64,000 nt of DNA, taken from positions 2,575,224 through 2,639,223 of the forward strand of contig NC_069003.1 in NCBI RefSeq assembly GCF_001194135.2, given 5' to 3'. The notes beneath the pieces are model-generated. The model had not been told where the DNA came from and made no database searches. It was given only the letters and a program-made list of their open reading frames with translations. Source of the DNA: Octopus bimaculoides. Taxonomy: Eukaryota. The position numbers were made by a program, and so were the translations under genes. Below, piece by piece: positions 11,983 to 24,659 of the stretch; the stretch's first letter is position 1; each line of letters starts with the position of its first letter.

Positions 11983-13304
11983 AACAGAGGTACGTAAACA
12001 TTGCTACTAACATCGAGTCACACTAAGAACGGTGTCTCTGATGCGATCACCAGCGATGCTAGAAATAGAAGCTAAATCCACCTCTGCTAGANNNNNNNNN
12101 NNNNNNNNNNNNNNNNNNNNNNNNNNNNNNNNNNNNNNNNNNNNNNNNNNNNNNNNNNNNNNNNNNNNNNNNNNNNNNNNNNNNNNNNNNNNNNNNNNNN
12201 NNNNNNNNNNNNNNNNNNNNNNNNNNNNNNNNNNNNNNNNNNNNNNNNNNNNNNNNNNNNNNNNNNNNNNNNNNNNNNNNNNNNNNNNNNNNNNNNNNNN
12301 NNNNNNNNNNNNNNNNNNNNNNNNNNNNNNNNNNNNNNNNNNNNNNNNNNNNNNNNNNNNNNNNNNNNNNNNNNNNNNNNNNNNNNNNNNNNNNNNNNNN
12401 NNNNNNNNNNNNNNNNNNNNNNNNNNNNNNNNNNNNNNNNNNNNNNNNNNNNNNNNNNNNNNNNNNNNNNNNNNNNNNNNNNNNNNNNNNNNNNNNNNNN
12501 NNNNNNNNNNNNACCACCACCACCACCACCACCACCACATCCCCCATTACCATAACGATCGCCATCGTCATCACCACCACAACAACAACAAAAAAAAATC
12601 AATGACACCACTTACAACCACCACCACCACCACCACCATCGCAAATATCAGTCACCATCACCATCAGCAACACCATCATCATCTTCACCCACAACGTGAA
12701 CGATATCAACACTACCATTTCCACCACCACCATCACTATTATTAGCCTTACCAATCTTCAGAAGCTGTAACCTTGAGGGAAGCATTCCTTGCTTAAATTC
12801 TGCATTTCTCTTGTATGTGTAGGTATGTACTTATGTATAAATGTATGTACGTACATATTTATATATGCATGTAAATATGTATTTATGTATGTATGTATGA
12901 ATGTTTGTAAATGTACATGTGTGTATGGGTGTAAGTAATTATGTATGTAGGGAGGAATGGATATATATATATATATATANNNNNNNNNNNNNNNNNNNNN
13001 NNNNNNNNNNNNNNNNNNNNNNNNNNNNNNNNNNNNNNNNNNNNNNNNNNNNNNNNNNNNNNNNNNNNNNNNNNNNNNNNNNNNNNNNNNNNNNNNNNNN
13101 NTATATTATATACATACATATATATGTTCACACATACACACCCACATGCTTATGACACAAACGTGTATATTGCTGCCAGTGAGAGACTTAGATCCAGGCT
13201 CTACTTAATTAGTTCAGCTAAGTGGAATATTCAAAATTGCTGAGAGTGCACAAGAAATCAACAGGTAGTTGGTGATACGGCTATGTGAGTGTGTGTGTGT
13301 GTGT

Positions 13305-13625
13305 GTCGCTCAGTTTTTAGTGCAACAGGCTCACAATCTTGAGGTAGTGAGTTCGATTCCTGGACCGGGTTGTTGCGTGTTGTGTTCTTGAGCAAGACAC
13401 TTTATTTCACGTTGTTCCAGTTCACTCAGCTGTAGAAATGAGTTGTGACGTCACTGGTGCCAAGCTGTATCGGCCCCTTTGCCTTTCCCTCGGACTATGT
13501 CGGTGACTGGTATGCATGGGCGACTGCTGGTCTTCCATAAACAACCTTGCCCGGACTTGTACCTCGGAGGGTAACTTTCTAGGTGCAATCCCATGGTCAG
13601 TCATGGCCAAAGGAGTTCTTTACAT
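13305..13625 (+). mobile_element. tRNA-derived SINE with CORE-like domain (family C)
   Basis: B box GAGTTCGATTCC, then CTTGAGCAAGACACTT...CAGTTCACTCAGCTGTAGAAATGAG, resembling the CORE domain of CORE-SINEs. The octopus OR2 family is a known CORE-SINE; identity with it was not checked. Confidence 0.6.
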
Positions 13626-13653
13626 TTTTGTATGTGTGTGCGTGTGTATGTGT

Positions 13654-13685
<32 letters not shown>

Positions 13686-14329
13686 TTAATGTCCATTGTC
13701 CATGCTGTCATGGGTTGGACGGTTTGACCAGGGCTGGTAACCTGGAAGGCGGTACCAGACCCCAGTCTGATTTGGCATGGTTTTCTACAGCTGGATGCCC
13801 TTCCTAACGCCAACCCCTCTTTATGCAACATGCATGCAGTTCCAAGTAATATTCTTCACACTTAGCAGCATTCTATCTGACTTGACTTTCTGAGTTCAAA
13901 TTCTGCTGAGGTCAACTTTGCTTTTCATCCGGCCATTTTGTTGAAAGGTGGATGTAAGTGGCAAGAATGGTGCAAGTGAACGGACCTGCCCTGAGCATAC
14001 GAGGAAAGGAAAGAGAGCACGTGCCCCAAAAATCAGGCGACCCGTGGTTTTTTTTATGGGTTTTTTGTTTCCATGAGCAGCCCTCGAATGTCTCCTCCCT
14101 ATTGAGGATCACAGTGTTGAATTCTTCTCCTTTTTTATATAATTTTTTTAGTCTTATTCACATGCAAAACCCTCACAACGCACACACACAAACATAATTC
14201 TTTGTTTTATCCTGTTCTGTCCATAACATTTTTTTTAATGTAATCCCTTGTAATTAATAAAGAAATCATTATCGTTCTTCTTCTTCTTTTTCTTCTTCTT
14301 ATTATTATCATTATTATATATAGGCATAG

Positions 14330-14870
14330 GAGTGGCTGTGGGGTAAGTAGCTTGCTTACGAACTACATGGTTCTGGGTTCAGTCCCACTGCGTGGCACCT
14401 TAGGCATGTGTTTTCTACTATAGCCTCGGGCTGACCAAAGCCTTGTGAGTGGATTTGGTAGAAGGAAACTGAAAGGAAGCCCTTCGAATATAAGCACTGT
14501 GTGGTAACTAGCTTGTTTGCCAAGCACATGGATCCGGGTTCAGTCCCACTGCGTGGCACCTTAGGCATGCGTCTTCTACTATAGCCTTGGGCTGACCAAA
14601 GCCTTGTGAGTGGATTTCGTAGAGAGAAACTGAAAGAAGCTCGTCGTGTTTATATATATATATGAATGTGTGTGTATATGTTTGTGTGTCTGTTTGTCTC
14701 CCAACATCGCTTGACAACCGATGTGTCTACGTCCCTGTAACTTAGCAGTTTGGCAAAAGTGACTGATAGAATAAGTACTAGGCTTACAAAGAATAAGTCC
14801 TGGGGTCAATTTGCTCGACTAAAGGCTATGTTCCAGCATGGCCACAGTCAAATGACTGAACCAAGTAAAA
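14330..14870 (+). mobile_element. SINE family B with tandemly duplicated head
   Basis: Heads at ~14330-14490 and ~14497-14645 followed by a single 3' half. Confidence 0.75.
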
Positions 14871-15254
14871 GAGTATTATCATTATTATTATTATCATTAT
14901 TATTATTATTATTACTTGCACTGTAAAAGAGAATTACTGTAACAAAGGACAAACAACGTTTGTCAGATGATCCATTATGAATAAATAGGCTTAAACACTC
15001 TCCTATCAATAATCGATAGGAGATTGAATAGAAAGGGGTGTAACTGAAAGTTAATACCTGTAATGGTAAAACATTTACCTTGGAAACATTAACACTAAGA
15101 CCACAGAAAATATCTGCATCATACAAATCGACCATCTTTGGCTAAAAACATTTGTTTGATTTTTCTGGACTTGAATATGTGATGCTGAAAGTGAGGTTGT
15201 GTCTTATATGACATGTTTCTATGCCATCGTATATATGCATGTATATATATATAT

Positions 15255-15691
15255 ATCATCATCATCATCATCATCGTTTAACGTCCGCTTTCCATGCTAG
15301 CATGGGTTGGACGATTTGACTGAGGACTGGTGAAACCGGATGGCAACACCAGGCTCCAGTCTAATTTGGCAGAGTTTCTACAGCTGGATGCCCTTCCTAA
15401 CGCCAACCACTCAGAGAGTGTAGTGGGTGCTTTTACGTGTCACCCGCACGAAAACGGCCATGCTCGAAATGGTGTCTTTTATGTGCCACCCGCACATGCC
15501 AGTCCAGGGGCACTGGCAACAATCTCGCTCGAAAATCCTACGGGAGCCAGTCAGGCGGTACTGGCAACGGCCACATTCAAAATGGTGCATCTCATGTGCC
15601 ACCCGCACAAGAACCAGTCCAGGGGCACTGGCAACGATCTTACTTGGCTTGCCGGGTCTTCTCACGCACAGCACATTTCCAAAGGTCTCGG

Positions 15692-15693
<2 letters not shown>
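15255..15693 (-). mobile_element. RTE-tail-bearing element with (TGA)n end and internal ~60 bp imperfect repeats
   Basis: Minus strand AGGGCATCCAGCTGTAGAAA...CATGGAAAGCGGACGTTAAACGATGATGA. Related tails occur near 2140-2280, 10620-10730, 13670-13815 and 32840-32980. Confidence 0.6.
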
Positions 15694-15738
<45 letters not shown>

Positions 15739-15809
15739 CTTACATGCATGAATGTGCATACCACGCATACATAAATATATCTATGTAAACACACACACAC
15801 ACACACACA

Positions 15810-16700
15810 TCATCATCATCAGTTACATGACACCAGCATGAGCTATGACTACTGTTTCACTTGACTTGATGGGTCTGCTCAAGCACAGCATATCGCCAAA
15901 GGTCTCGGTCACCAGTCATTGTCTCTGTGAGGCTCAAAATTCGAAGATCATGCTTCACCACTTAATCCCATGTCTACCTGGGACTACCTCTACTACAAGT
16001 TCACTCCACAGTTAGAGACTGGCACTTCTTTATACCGTTGTCCTTGTCTGTATGCATGACATGACCATACCAGTGCAGTAATTTCTTTCGCACACCACAT
16101 CTGCCCGGCTTTTCTCTCGAGGTGCTTGCACTCTGTCGAACATGCACACTGACATTGCACATTCAGCGAAGCATACTGGCTTCATTTCTTCCAAGCCTAC
16201 TCATGTCCTCGGCTGTCACAGCCCATGTTTCACTGCCATGCAGCATAGTTGTTCACACACAGGCATCAAGCGATGTGCCTTTCACTCTGAGAGAGGGACC
16301 CTGAGAGGTGCCCTTTGTTGCCAGCAGAGGTAGGAGCTCTCTGAATTTTGTCCAACCTATTCTTATTCTCACAGCTATGCTCTCAGAGCATCCTCCTCCA
16401 CTACTAACTTAGTCACCTAGATAATAGAAGCTATCTACTACCCCTAACTTGCACCCCTGGCAGTTGATGGAGTCTATTTTCTGTGCATTTTCAGTATTTA
16501 TTGTACCTGTGCATCTTCCATATGCAAAAGTTAGTTTCCCTGTTAACCTTCTTTTGACATTGCTGCATTTTTGTGTGTTCAAAGCTTACATCAGGTGCAT
16601 CTTATGGAGTTTCTACCTACACCTTTCCTACACATCGAGCAGGACCATCTACCTGAAGGGATTTGTGATATGTCACCCTTTCTTCTTAATTAGACTTTAG
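15810..16700 (-). mobile_element. Decayed RTE-clade LINE 3' ORF fragment
   Basis: Minus strand encodes RLHWYGHVMHTDKDNGIKKCQSL...TWDxVVKHDLRILSLTETMTGDRDLWRYAVLE, typical of the RTE C-terminus; contains stops. Confidence 0.75.
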
Positions 16701-16904
16701 TGGAGAGAGAGAGAGAGATAGAGAGAAAAGATGATCATGATGATGGTACCAAGGGAGGGAAAATCCCATAAATAATGGATTTAGAACGTTTGAAACCATT
16801 TCGTGGTCTGCTGCTGTTAACTGTTTCATGTGACTATTTTTCTCTGCATTCCTTGGTGACAATTTTCTTGGTAATTTTTCAGATTAACACCCGCACGATC
16901 TTCA

Positions 16905-16991
16905 CTAGGGTTTTAGGGTCTGGGTTAGGGTTTTAGAGTTAGGGTTAGGGTTGCGGTTAGGGTTAGTGTTTAGGGTTAGGGTTAGGGTTAG
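16905..16991 (+). repeat. Degenerate interstitial (TTAGGG)n array
   Basis: About a dozen perfect or variant TTAGGG units. Confidence 0.85.
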
Positions 16992-17229
16992 ATTAAGGAA
17001 GATTTCTAATTTAACAGAGCCAAGATTAACTACCAAAGCATCACAGTCCCATGATGACTTAACTAGCCGAAACTTCGAAGTCACTATCGATAATATTTTT
17101 TATTATTTTAATATTTATTACTTTGTATTTTTATTATAGGTCTTTTTAGTTTATTTACTTATTAAATATTTCTATATGTGACTGTGGATTTTCGTGGATG
17201 AATTCAATAATTGTGGGTTTTTTTTTCTC

Positions 17230-17278
17230 TAAGCCTTGTGAGTGGATTTGGTAGACGGAAACTGAAAAGAAGCCCGTC

Positions 17279-17340
<62 letters not shown>

Positions 17341-17530
17341 TTGTTCCCCCACCATCGCTTGACAATTAATTTTGATGTATTTACGTCCCTGTAAGCTAGC
17401 GGTTCGGCAAAAGGACCCGATAGAATAAGTACTAGGCTTTCAAAGAATAAGTCCTGGGGTCGATTTGCTCGACTATAAAGGCGGTGCTCCAGCATGGCCG
17501 CAGTCAAAAGACTGAAACAAGTAAAAGAAA
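17230..17530 (+). mobile_element. SINE family B, 5' truncated
   Basis: AAGCCTTGTGAGTGGATTTGGTAGACGGAAAC...GCGGTGCTCCAGCATGGCCGCAGTCAAA...AAACAAGTAAAAG. Confidence 0.8.
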
Positions 17531-18430
17531 AGATATATATATATATGTATGTGTGTATAAGCGCATGTATGTGTGTATGTATGCATGTATATTTGTGTGT
17601 ATATATGTATGTATATTTGTATACATGCATGTATCTATATGTATGTTTGTGTGTTTGCAATTAAAAGTGCTCTTGAAAGCAGGTTATTATAAAAGTGTTT
17701 TGTTTTAGTTTCATATGAATTTGAGAACCATGTGTGTGTGTTTTGAGTGAAAGGTGAGAGTGAGAGGATGTATAAAGTTAAGGAAGTAGGAGGAAGGTGC
17801 GACGGGCGAAAGCAGAGGGCAGAGGAGATATGGATAGAAGGGGTATAATAGGGCGAGAGTAGGAGGTGGAATTGTGAGAATGTAATAAGGGTGGAAGATA
17901 TGAAGGAGGGATATGAAGGGGAGGAGTGAGAGAGAGAGATACTGAGTGTGAGCTCTAATGAAAGCGTGTTAGAGAGAGTGTGAGTGAGAGTGGAAAGATA
18001 CGTAACGGTGTGTGAGAGTGAAAGAGAAGTGGGAGGAGCGGGAAGAGAAGGGGTGGTAGTGGAAAGTTACTGGAAAATATTTGGCCGTCCAACAAAGTCA
18101 GAGAGAGATAGAGTAATACAGAGACAGAGGGGGAGAGAGAGAAGGAGAGGGAAAGATAGTTTTAGTGTAGAATAAAAAGTGTAATAGAAAGAGAGAGAGA
18201 GAGGGAGAAAGAGTGATATATAGATAATGAGAGAGTGAGTTTCTGATCACTGGTGACACATATGGAGTGATATAGAAAGGGAGAGAAAGGGCGAAAGAGG
18301 GGAAACAAATAACTAAAAAAAAAGTTAAGAAAAATATATATAAGAGATGGAAAATTAAATGAAAGAGAGATATATAGAGAGTGAGAGAAAGAGATATATA
18401 GAGAGTGAGAGAAAGAGATATATAGAGAGT

Positions 18431-18492
<62 letters not shown>

Positions 18493-19148
18493 AGTGCAGG
18501 GGTGTGGTGTGTGTGAATATGAGTAATAGTATGAGGTGTGTCTGTTTGGTAGTCGTGGTAGTAGTAATTTTAGGAGCCTTTCTATGTTTGTAATAGTAGT
18601 AATGGTGGTGGTAGTAGTAATATTCTATGTCACTATTGTAGTAGTAGTAGTAGTAAATGAGGTGGTAGTGGTGGTGGCAATAGAAATAGTTCTGTTTAAC
18701 ACTCGGTCAACCTTAATCGAGCAGAATTATGATCGAAATCATTCCATCCATGGCTAACCATCCGGTTTTTTAATATTTTTGTGGGTATGTAGGACTACAA
18801 TAGTGTCAAATATATATATATTGTTTTAATTTTTATATAACACAGTGGGGGGGGGGTATAATTCGTGGGTGTCATTTGACTGCTATTTCTAGCAGGTGGA
18901 TCTGTCACGTAGACGCTTTGTACGGAGCGGCTGTAGTAGTAGTAGTAGCTGGAGGAAGGGTAATGAAATAGACAGAGGGAGGAAGAGAGAAAGTGTAATA
19001 GTTAAAAGGGGAAAGAGAAAGGTAGAGAGATGTAGAGAGAGAGATAGAAATGGAAGGGAGGTAGAGAAAAATTTAGAGAATGACGTAAAAAGGGAAATAG
19101 AAAAGAAGGAAAAGAACATAGAGGAGTGGTTCGCATATTATATTTTTG

Positions 19149-19187
<39 letters not shown>

Positions 19188-19857
19188 AACACACACACAC
19201 ACACATAGAGAGATAGATAGATAGAGAGAGAGAGATGGGGAGATATTATAGTGGGAGGAAGTGAGCATATAGTAAGAGCTTCATATTGAAGGTGAGGAAA
19301 ATAAACGGGGAGGAAGAAGCAATGGATTAGACAGAGAGAGAGAGAAGGGGAGGAAGGTCATAGTGAGTGAGTGAGTGAGAAACTGAAAGATAATTTGCGA
19401 AAAGAGAGAGAAAGACAGCTAGGGAGAATGTGTAGTAGGAAGAGGAGAACAAGTGAGTGGACAGGATAGATAGATAGAATGAGAAAGAGAGGGAGTGAGT
19501 GTTATGTCACTACGTCATGCCTGCTGCCTACCTACTTACCTATCTAACCTTGTCTTTCCCTCTCTCTCTTTTTTTAGTTCCTCCCACCGCTACTCTTCTT
19601 TTATTTAACTCTCTCTTTCTCTACCTCTTTGTCTTCTTTTCCCTTAGCTTGTTCTTTCCATTTGCTTTTCGTTCTTTCTTTTTACTCTTCCACTTCTTAT
19701 ACTCCCTCCCTTTCTGATGTTTTACTATTACGTATAGTTAAATATACACACGCGCACACGTACATGAGGTGTATATTTTATACATACATATGTAGAATGA
19801 GAGAGAGAGAGAGAAAGAGACAGTGAGTGGGAGGCAGAAACATCTCTCTCTCTCTCG

Positions 19858-19913
<56 letters not shown>

Positions 19914-19976
19914 GTGGGAGGTAAATATTTTTATTTAGAGACAGAGAGAAAGAGAATACGTAGTGGGAGGTAAAAA

Positions 19977-20011
<35 letters not shown>

Positions 20012-20058
20012 CAAAAGAGAGTGAGATAAAGGGAGTGTAAGGTGGGAGGCAGAGAGAG

Positions 20059-20091
<33 letters not shown>

Positions 20092-20709
20092 AATAATAGA
20101 GAGAATGAGGGGTAGTTAGCCAGATAGATATATACAAAATCCAGTCGGAGTAGGAGTGAAATTAATTCGTCTCCTCTCCCATTCTTTTAATTGTCTCTTA
20201 TTCTTATTAAGCAGCATTTCAGAAGAGCTTAGTGGTTAAAGCAAGCCTGTAGGTTGTGTGTAGCCTTGCTCCCAAGCCTAGTAATGTTGTGTGCCTCCAA
20301 GGCTATAGTTATAGACGAAAACTTTGGTCCACAAGTAAAAGAAGAAGCAATGCCTTCCTTACAGCGTAGTGACACGTAGGTATTATTTGGTATTTTATCT
20401 CCCTGCCACCCTGTCTTTTACTCTTTAATATATATTATACACGCCAATCTACTATGAATTATAATTATATATATAAAAATATTTATATAAAGGGCATTAT
20501 TACAGAAAAATAACAACGCCACAGACGTATTTGTATATATACCCAATTTCTGTGGTTTATATTTGGTTTAGAAACTGCATATATACATATATGTATAAAT
20601 AAATATATAGTTTTAGGGAAAAGAACCAAGGTTCATGAACTCAATTTAATTTTAATTATTTTATAAATTGATTTTAATTGAGTTTTTACCTGTAATTTTG
20701 GATTTTGTC

Positions 20710-20750
<41 letters not shown>

Positions 20751-21435
20751 GGTTTATAATTAAACTTGCCCTTCTAATGATTTATAGTAGTGATTAATAT
20801 ATTTTTAATTTAAAGCTTATTTTTCCGTTTGTCGTTACCAATTTTTGCGTTTCTGATATGAAACGATCTGAAACTCCAGGTAACGACTAATGGTGTGTAT
20901 ATTCAACGTATCTAGAGAGTATATATACATATATATGTATATATATATATATATAGTCCTATATTTTTATTCTCGTTTGTAAATTCAAACGTATATTCAT
21001 TTACTGTCGTTTTCAAGCTCCCGATCATCTCTTATCGAGTGGTACTCATCGAAAGCGTTCTAGCCATGACCATTCCGTCAGACTTCATAATCCAAAATGT
21101 CCTTCCTTTTTCTTTTTCGCCTTTTTAAGATTCTACTTTATGATTTGCGAGATACTTGACTGCTTTTTCTAGCAGCAATCGCGGCCCCAAGCTCTTTTTT
21201 TCCCCTATTAAAAGACCTGGTCACATCGTTCATTCTCTTCTATGGCTTTTCTTTTTATTTTCTCTAATATTTTAATTACTAAACCATTCCCTTTTTTCGA
21301 CTTAGCTAGCTTCACCCATATGACCTCCTTTGCAGTCAGTCATTCCTTGAACCAAACCCACACACACACCACTATATCTTGTGATATCTCTGTTTTCAGA
21401 GGCAGCCTTTTGCGCTTACTCGAAATGCACGTATG

Positions 21436-21485
<50 letters not shown>

Positions 21486-21875
21486 GCACGTGTATATGTG
21501 TGTGCGCATGACTTTATAATTAATAAACTGTTCTTCAACAATTATATAAGATGTATGTGTGGATATATATATATATATATCCATATATGATGTCGATGTG
21601 TATGGGTGTATATGTGTATATATATATAACATACTCATGATGCGATATTTGTATATATGACATCATAAATGGGTGTGTATTATCTACGCACATTTGAGCA
21701 TGATATTTTATAATTAAATAGCTCTTAAAAAATATATATACCTATCTACGATGCCATCTTATATATATATATATATACCGTTATGTGTATAATCATGGGT
21801 GTTTGTGTATATGTATCTAGCTTGATTCATCTTTTAATAAACTGCTATCCAAAAATTATTGCTCTGTAGGCATAG

Positions 21876-21940
<65 letters not shown>

Positions 21941-23185
21941 ATCACACCGATACACCTGTACGTTTGTGTATATGCCTATATTAATTAGCTGATAATTAAT
22001 AACCTATTCTCCCAAAATGTGTTTTATACTATATAAAATGCTATCCAGATATTATATGTTCATAATTGACTTTTTGTAATAGAAGCAATGAAACACTCTC
22101 TCCATCTACCCCACCTTATCAATAAGTGATCTAATTGGAATTCGAAAGATTTATATCTACGACGAAATACATCCAGCTCCACGCCGTCATATACTCTGTG
22201 CTCCCTCTGCCTGCTAGAAATAGCAATTAAAACCTCCACAAATTATAAATCATCTTAAAGGACACGTGGATTTAATGCAAGACCTAAAGGTGTTTGTAGG
22301 GGGGGGGGACAAAAAACGGGATGGTCAACTTTGGAATGCTTTTATCATACCTAGGTGTACTCTGTTGAGGTTATCGTCCTCTCACTAAACCTCAACCACC
22401 CTCCAATTACTCAAGCATTCAAATCTCAATACATCTTTTAATTTGTAAAATGTGTATAGAATATAATAAATGTAATTTTGATTGTAGCGTTGGGTATTTT
22501 TCATTCATTGCCCTGATGATTATTGATTTTAGTACCTGGAAGAGATAAGTTAAATGTTTTTGTTTGATGGAGGGGAAATGAAATTAGCCTAAATCATGAG
22601 AACTGTTTAAAAAAAAAAATCTATGTAGATTTTGCTGGTTACAACTTTCGAATCGGAAAAGTTTTTGAAGTTTATCAAAATGATTAACGAAATCAAAATT
22701 CAACCCACTAACTTTTTAAGATATTCTAGTTGTTTAAAATAAACTTAGCGAAATTAAAAAGGCATGTGTGTGTGTGTATATATATATATATATAATGTGT
22801 GTCTATAGTGTACATATATATATATAAAATGTGTGCGTATATAGTGTACGTATGTGTAATATATATAAAATCTGTGTATATAGTGTACGTATATATAATA
22901 TAAAATGCGTGTATATATATGTATAGTGTACATATATAATATACTGATATATAATATATAGTGTGTGTATGTATATATAGTGTACATATACATACATACT
23001 TACACGTCATGAATATTAGATTTTTCTTTTTAATGGATGTTTTGTAGATGATAGAAAATAGTGAAATAGACAATTAGTGCGTCGTAGATGTATATTTCAT
23101 AGATATATATATACGCCCCTTTTATATGCACGCATTGTCATAGCAATCAAGGTGCTCTAATGAGTGTCCACTGGATGTGTGTGTG

Positions 23186-23219
<34 letters not shown>

Positions 23220-23224
<5 letters not shown>

Positions 23225-24294
23225 ACGTTGGTTTATACTGGATCGTTTTTTGATATTATGAAAAGAACGCCCGCTGCTCCATTAGACCTACGCTGGGAAA
23301 AGACAATTAGAGTAATTATCCTGAATTAAAAATATTAACAATAATTAGCCATGAGTATGTGAGTTAGTGATCATAACTGCCTATTGTAGATGACTGAAGT
23401 TGCGGAAGAAAAAGACTGACTAAACAAAAAAAAATTAGGTTGACTATCAAATATTGTTTTGTTTTTCGGGTCAGTTGTGATTGGAGTCGCTCCCGGCGTG
23501 CCCAGCCACTCTTGTATATACTTTGTACTACTTTGTTTCGAAGCAGATTTAGCTGCGTAGCTAATCTCTCTCTCTCTCTCTATATATATATATCTACCTC
23601 TCATTTTTTCCACCCCCTCTTTTGCTCTCTTTCTCTCTGTATATTCCCGCCACCCCCTTATCTCTCTCTCTCTTCCTCATGCTCTTTCTGCCTCTCCTCC
23701 TCTCCCCTCCCTCGTCTTTAATTGTTCTTAGATAAGACGGAAAACACACACACACACACAAAATGAACTGATGAGGATTATACTAAAAAAAATTTAGCTA
23801 ATTTCGTGCTAGAACTGGCATTTTAACTTCCTACTTCGGAGAAGAGATTAACGATTAGGAACCGAATAAATTCTTCCCTAGGTAATTTGCGTATATCATA
23901 CACACGTGTATATATGTATGCGCGGTATATACTACCATTATTTATATATGTGCCAAAATATGAAAATAGATATATGCTTGGTTGTGCATACACGCGAATC
24001 GGATTTAGTGTCAGTTTTAATTATATAGCCCTAGGTTTAGCTTTGATCTGAGCCAAAATTGACCGAAGGAGATCCAGTTTTATTTATTTATTTATTTTAT
24101 TGTTCTTAATACACACCTACATGCTACGTGTGTCCAACATGTTGTTTGCTCCATTTATTTAAAGCCATTAAGAGTGTTGATTTTTCTTAAAAAAATTCTA
24201 TATAGCTGCTATGTTTAGTAAAGTCGAACGGCCACGTAATAGGCTCAGAAGTTACACGTGATGTGCTGCGTTGAAAGCTTGTCACACGCACTCG

Positions 24295-24344
<50 letters not shown>

Positions 24345-24494
24345 ACTTCTTATTTGTTGACCGATTTTCACTATAAAAAGGGTCTTTTTTTTAATATTTC
24401 GATTTGCTCTCAGCATTTTTAGAAAAATTATTTTAAATTTACTATTTTTTTCTTGTGTGTTGATGGGACGGCTATCATCCGTCAAGATGAAACA

Positions 24495-24531
<37 letters not shown>

Positions 24532-24626
24532 TTCTCACCACCCCTTTCTACAATTAGAAGAGTAAATTAAGAAAATTGATGGATTTAAATTTTTCAAAGC
24601 TAGTTAATATGTATTTCATTACCCAT

Positions 24627-24659
<33 letters not shown>

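Noticed and set aside
16905-16991. True telomere
   Set aside because: Short, degenerate and internal, with unique sequence on both sides.
23763-23881. OAZ ORF1 start in an exon ending at donor AG|GTAATT (23882)
   Set aside because: In the required phase a TAG lies 8 codons upstream with no ATG after it, and nearby ATGs stop quickly. Could only be a non-coding exon.
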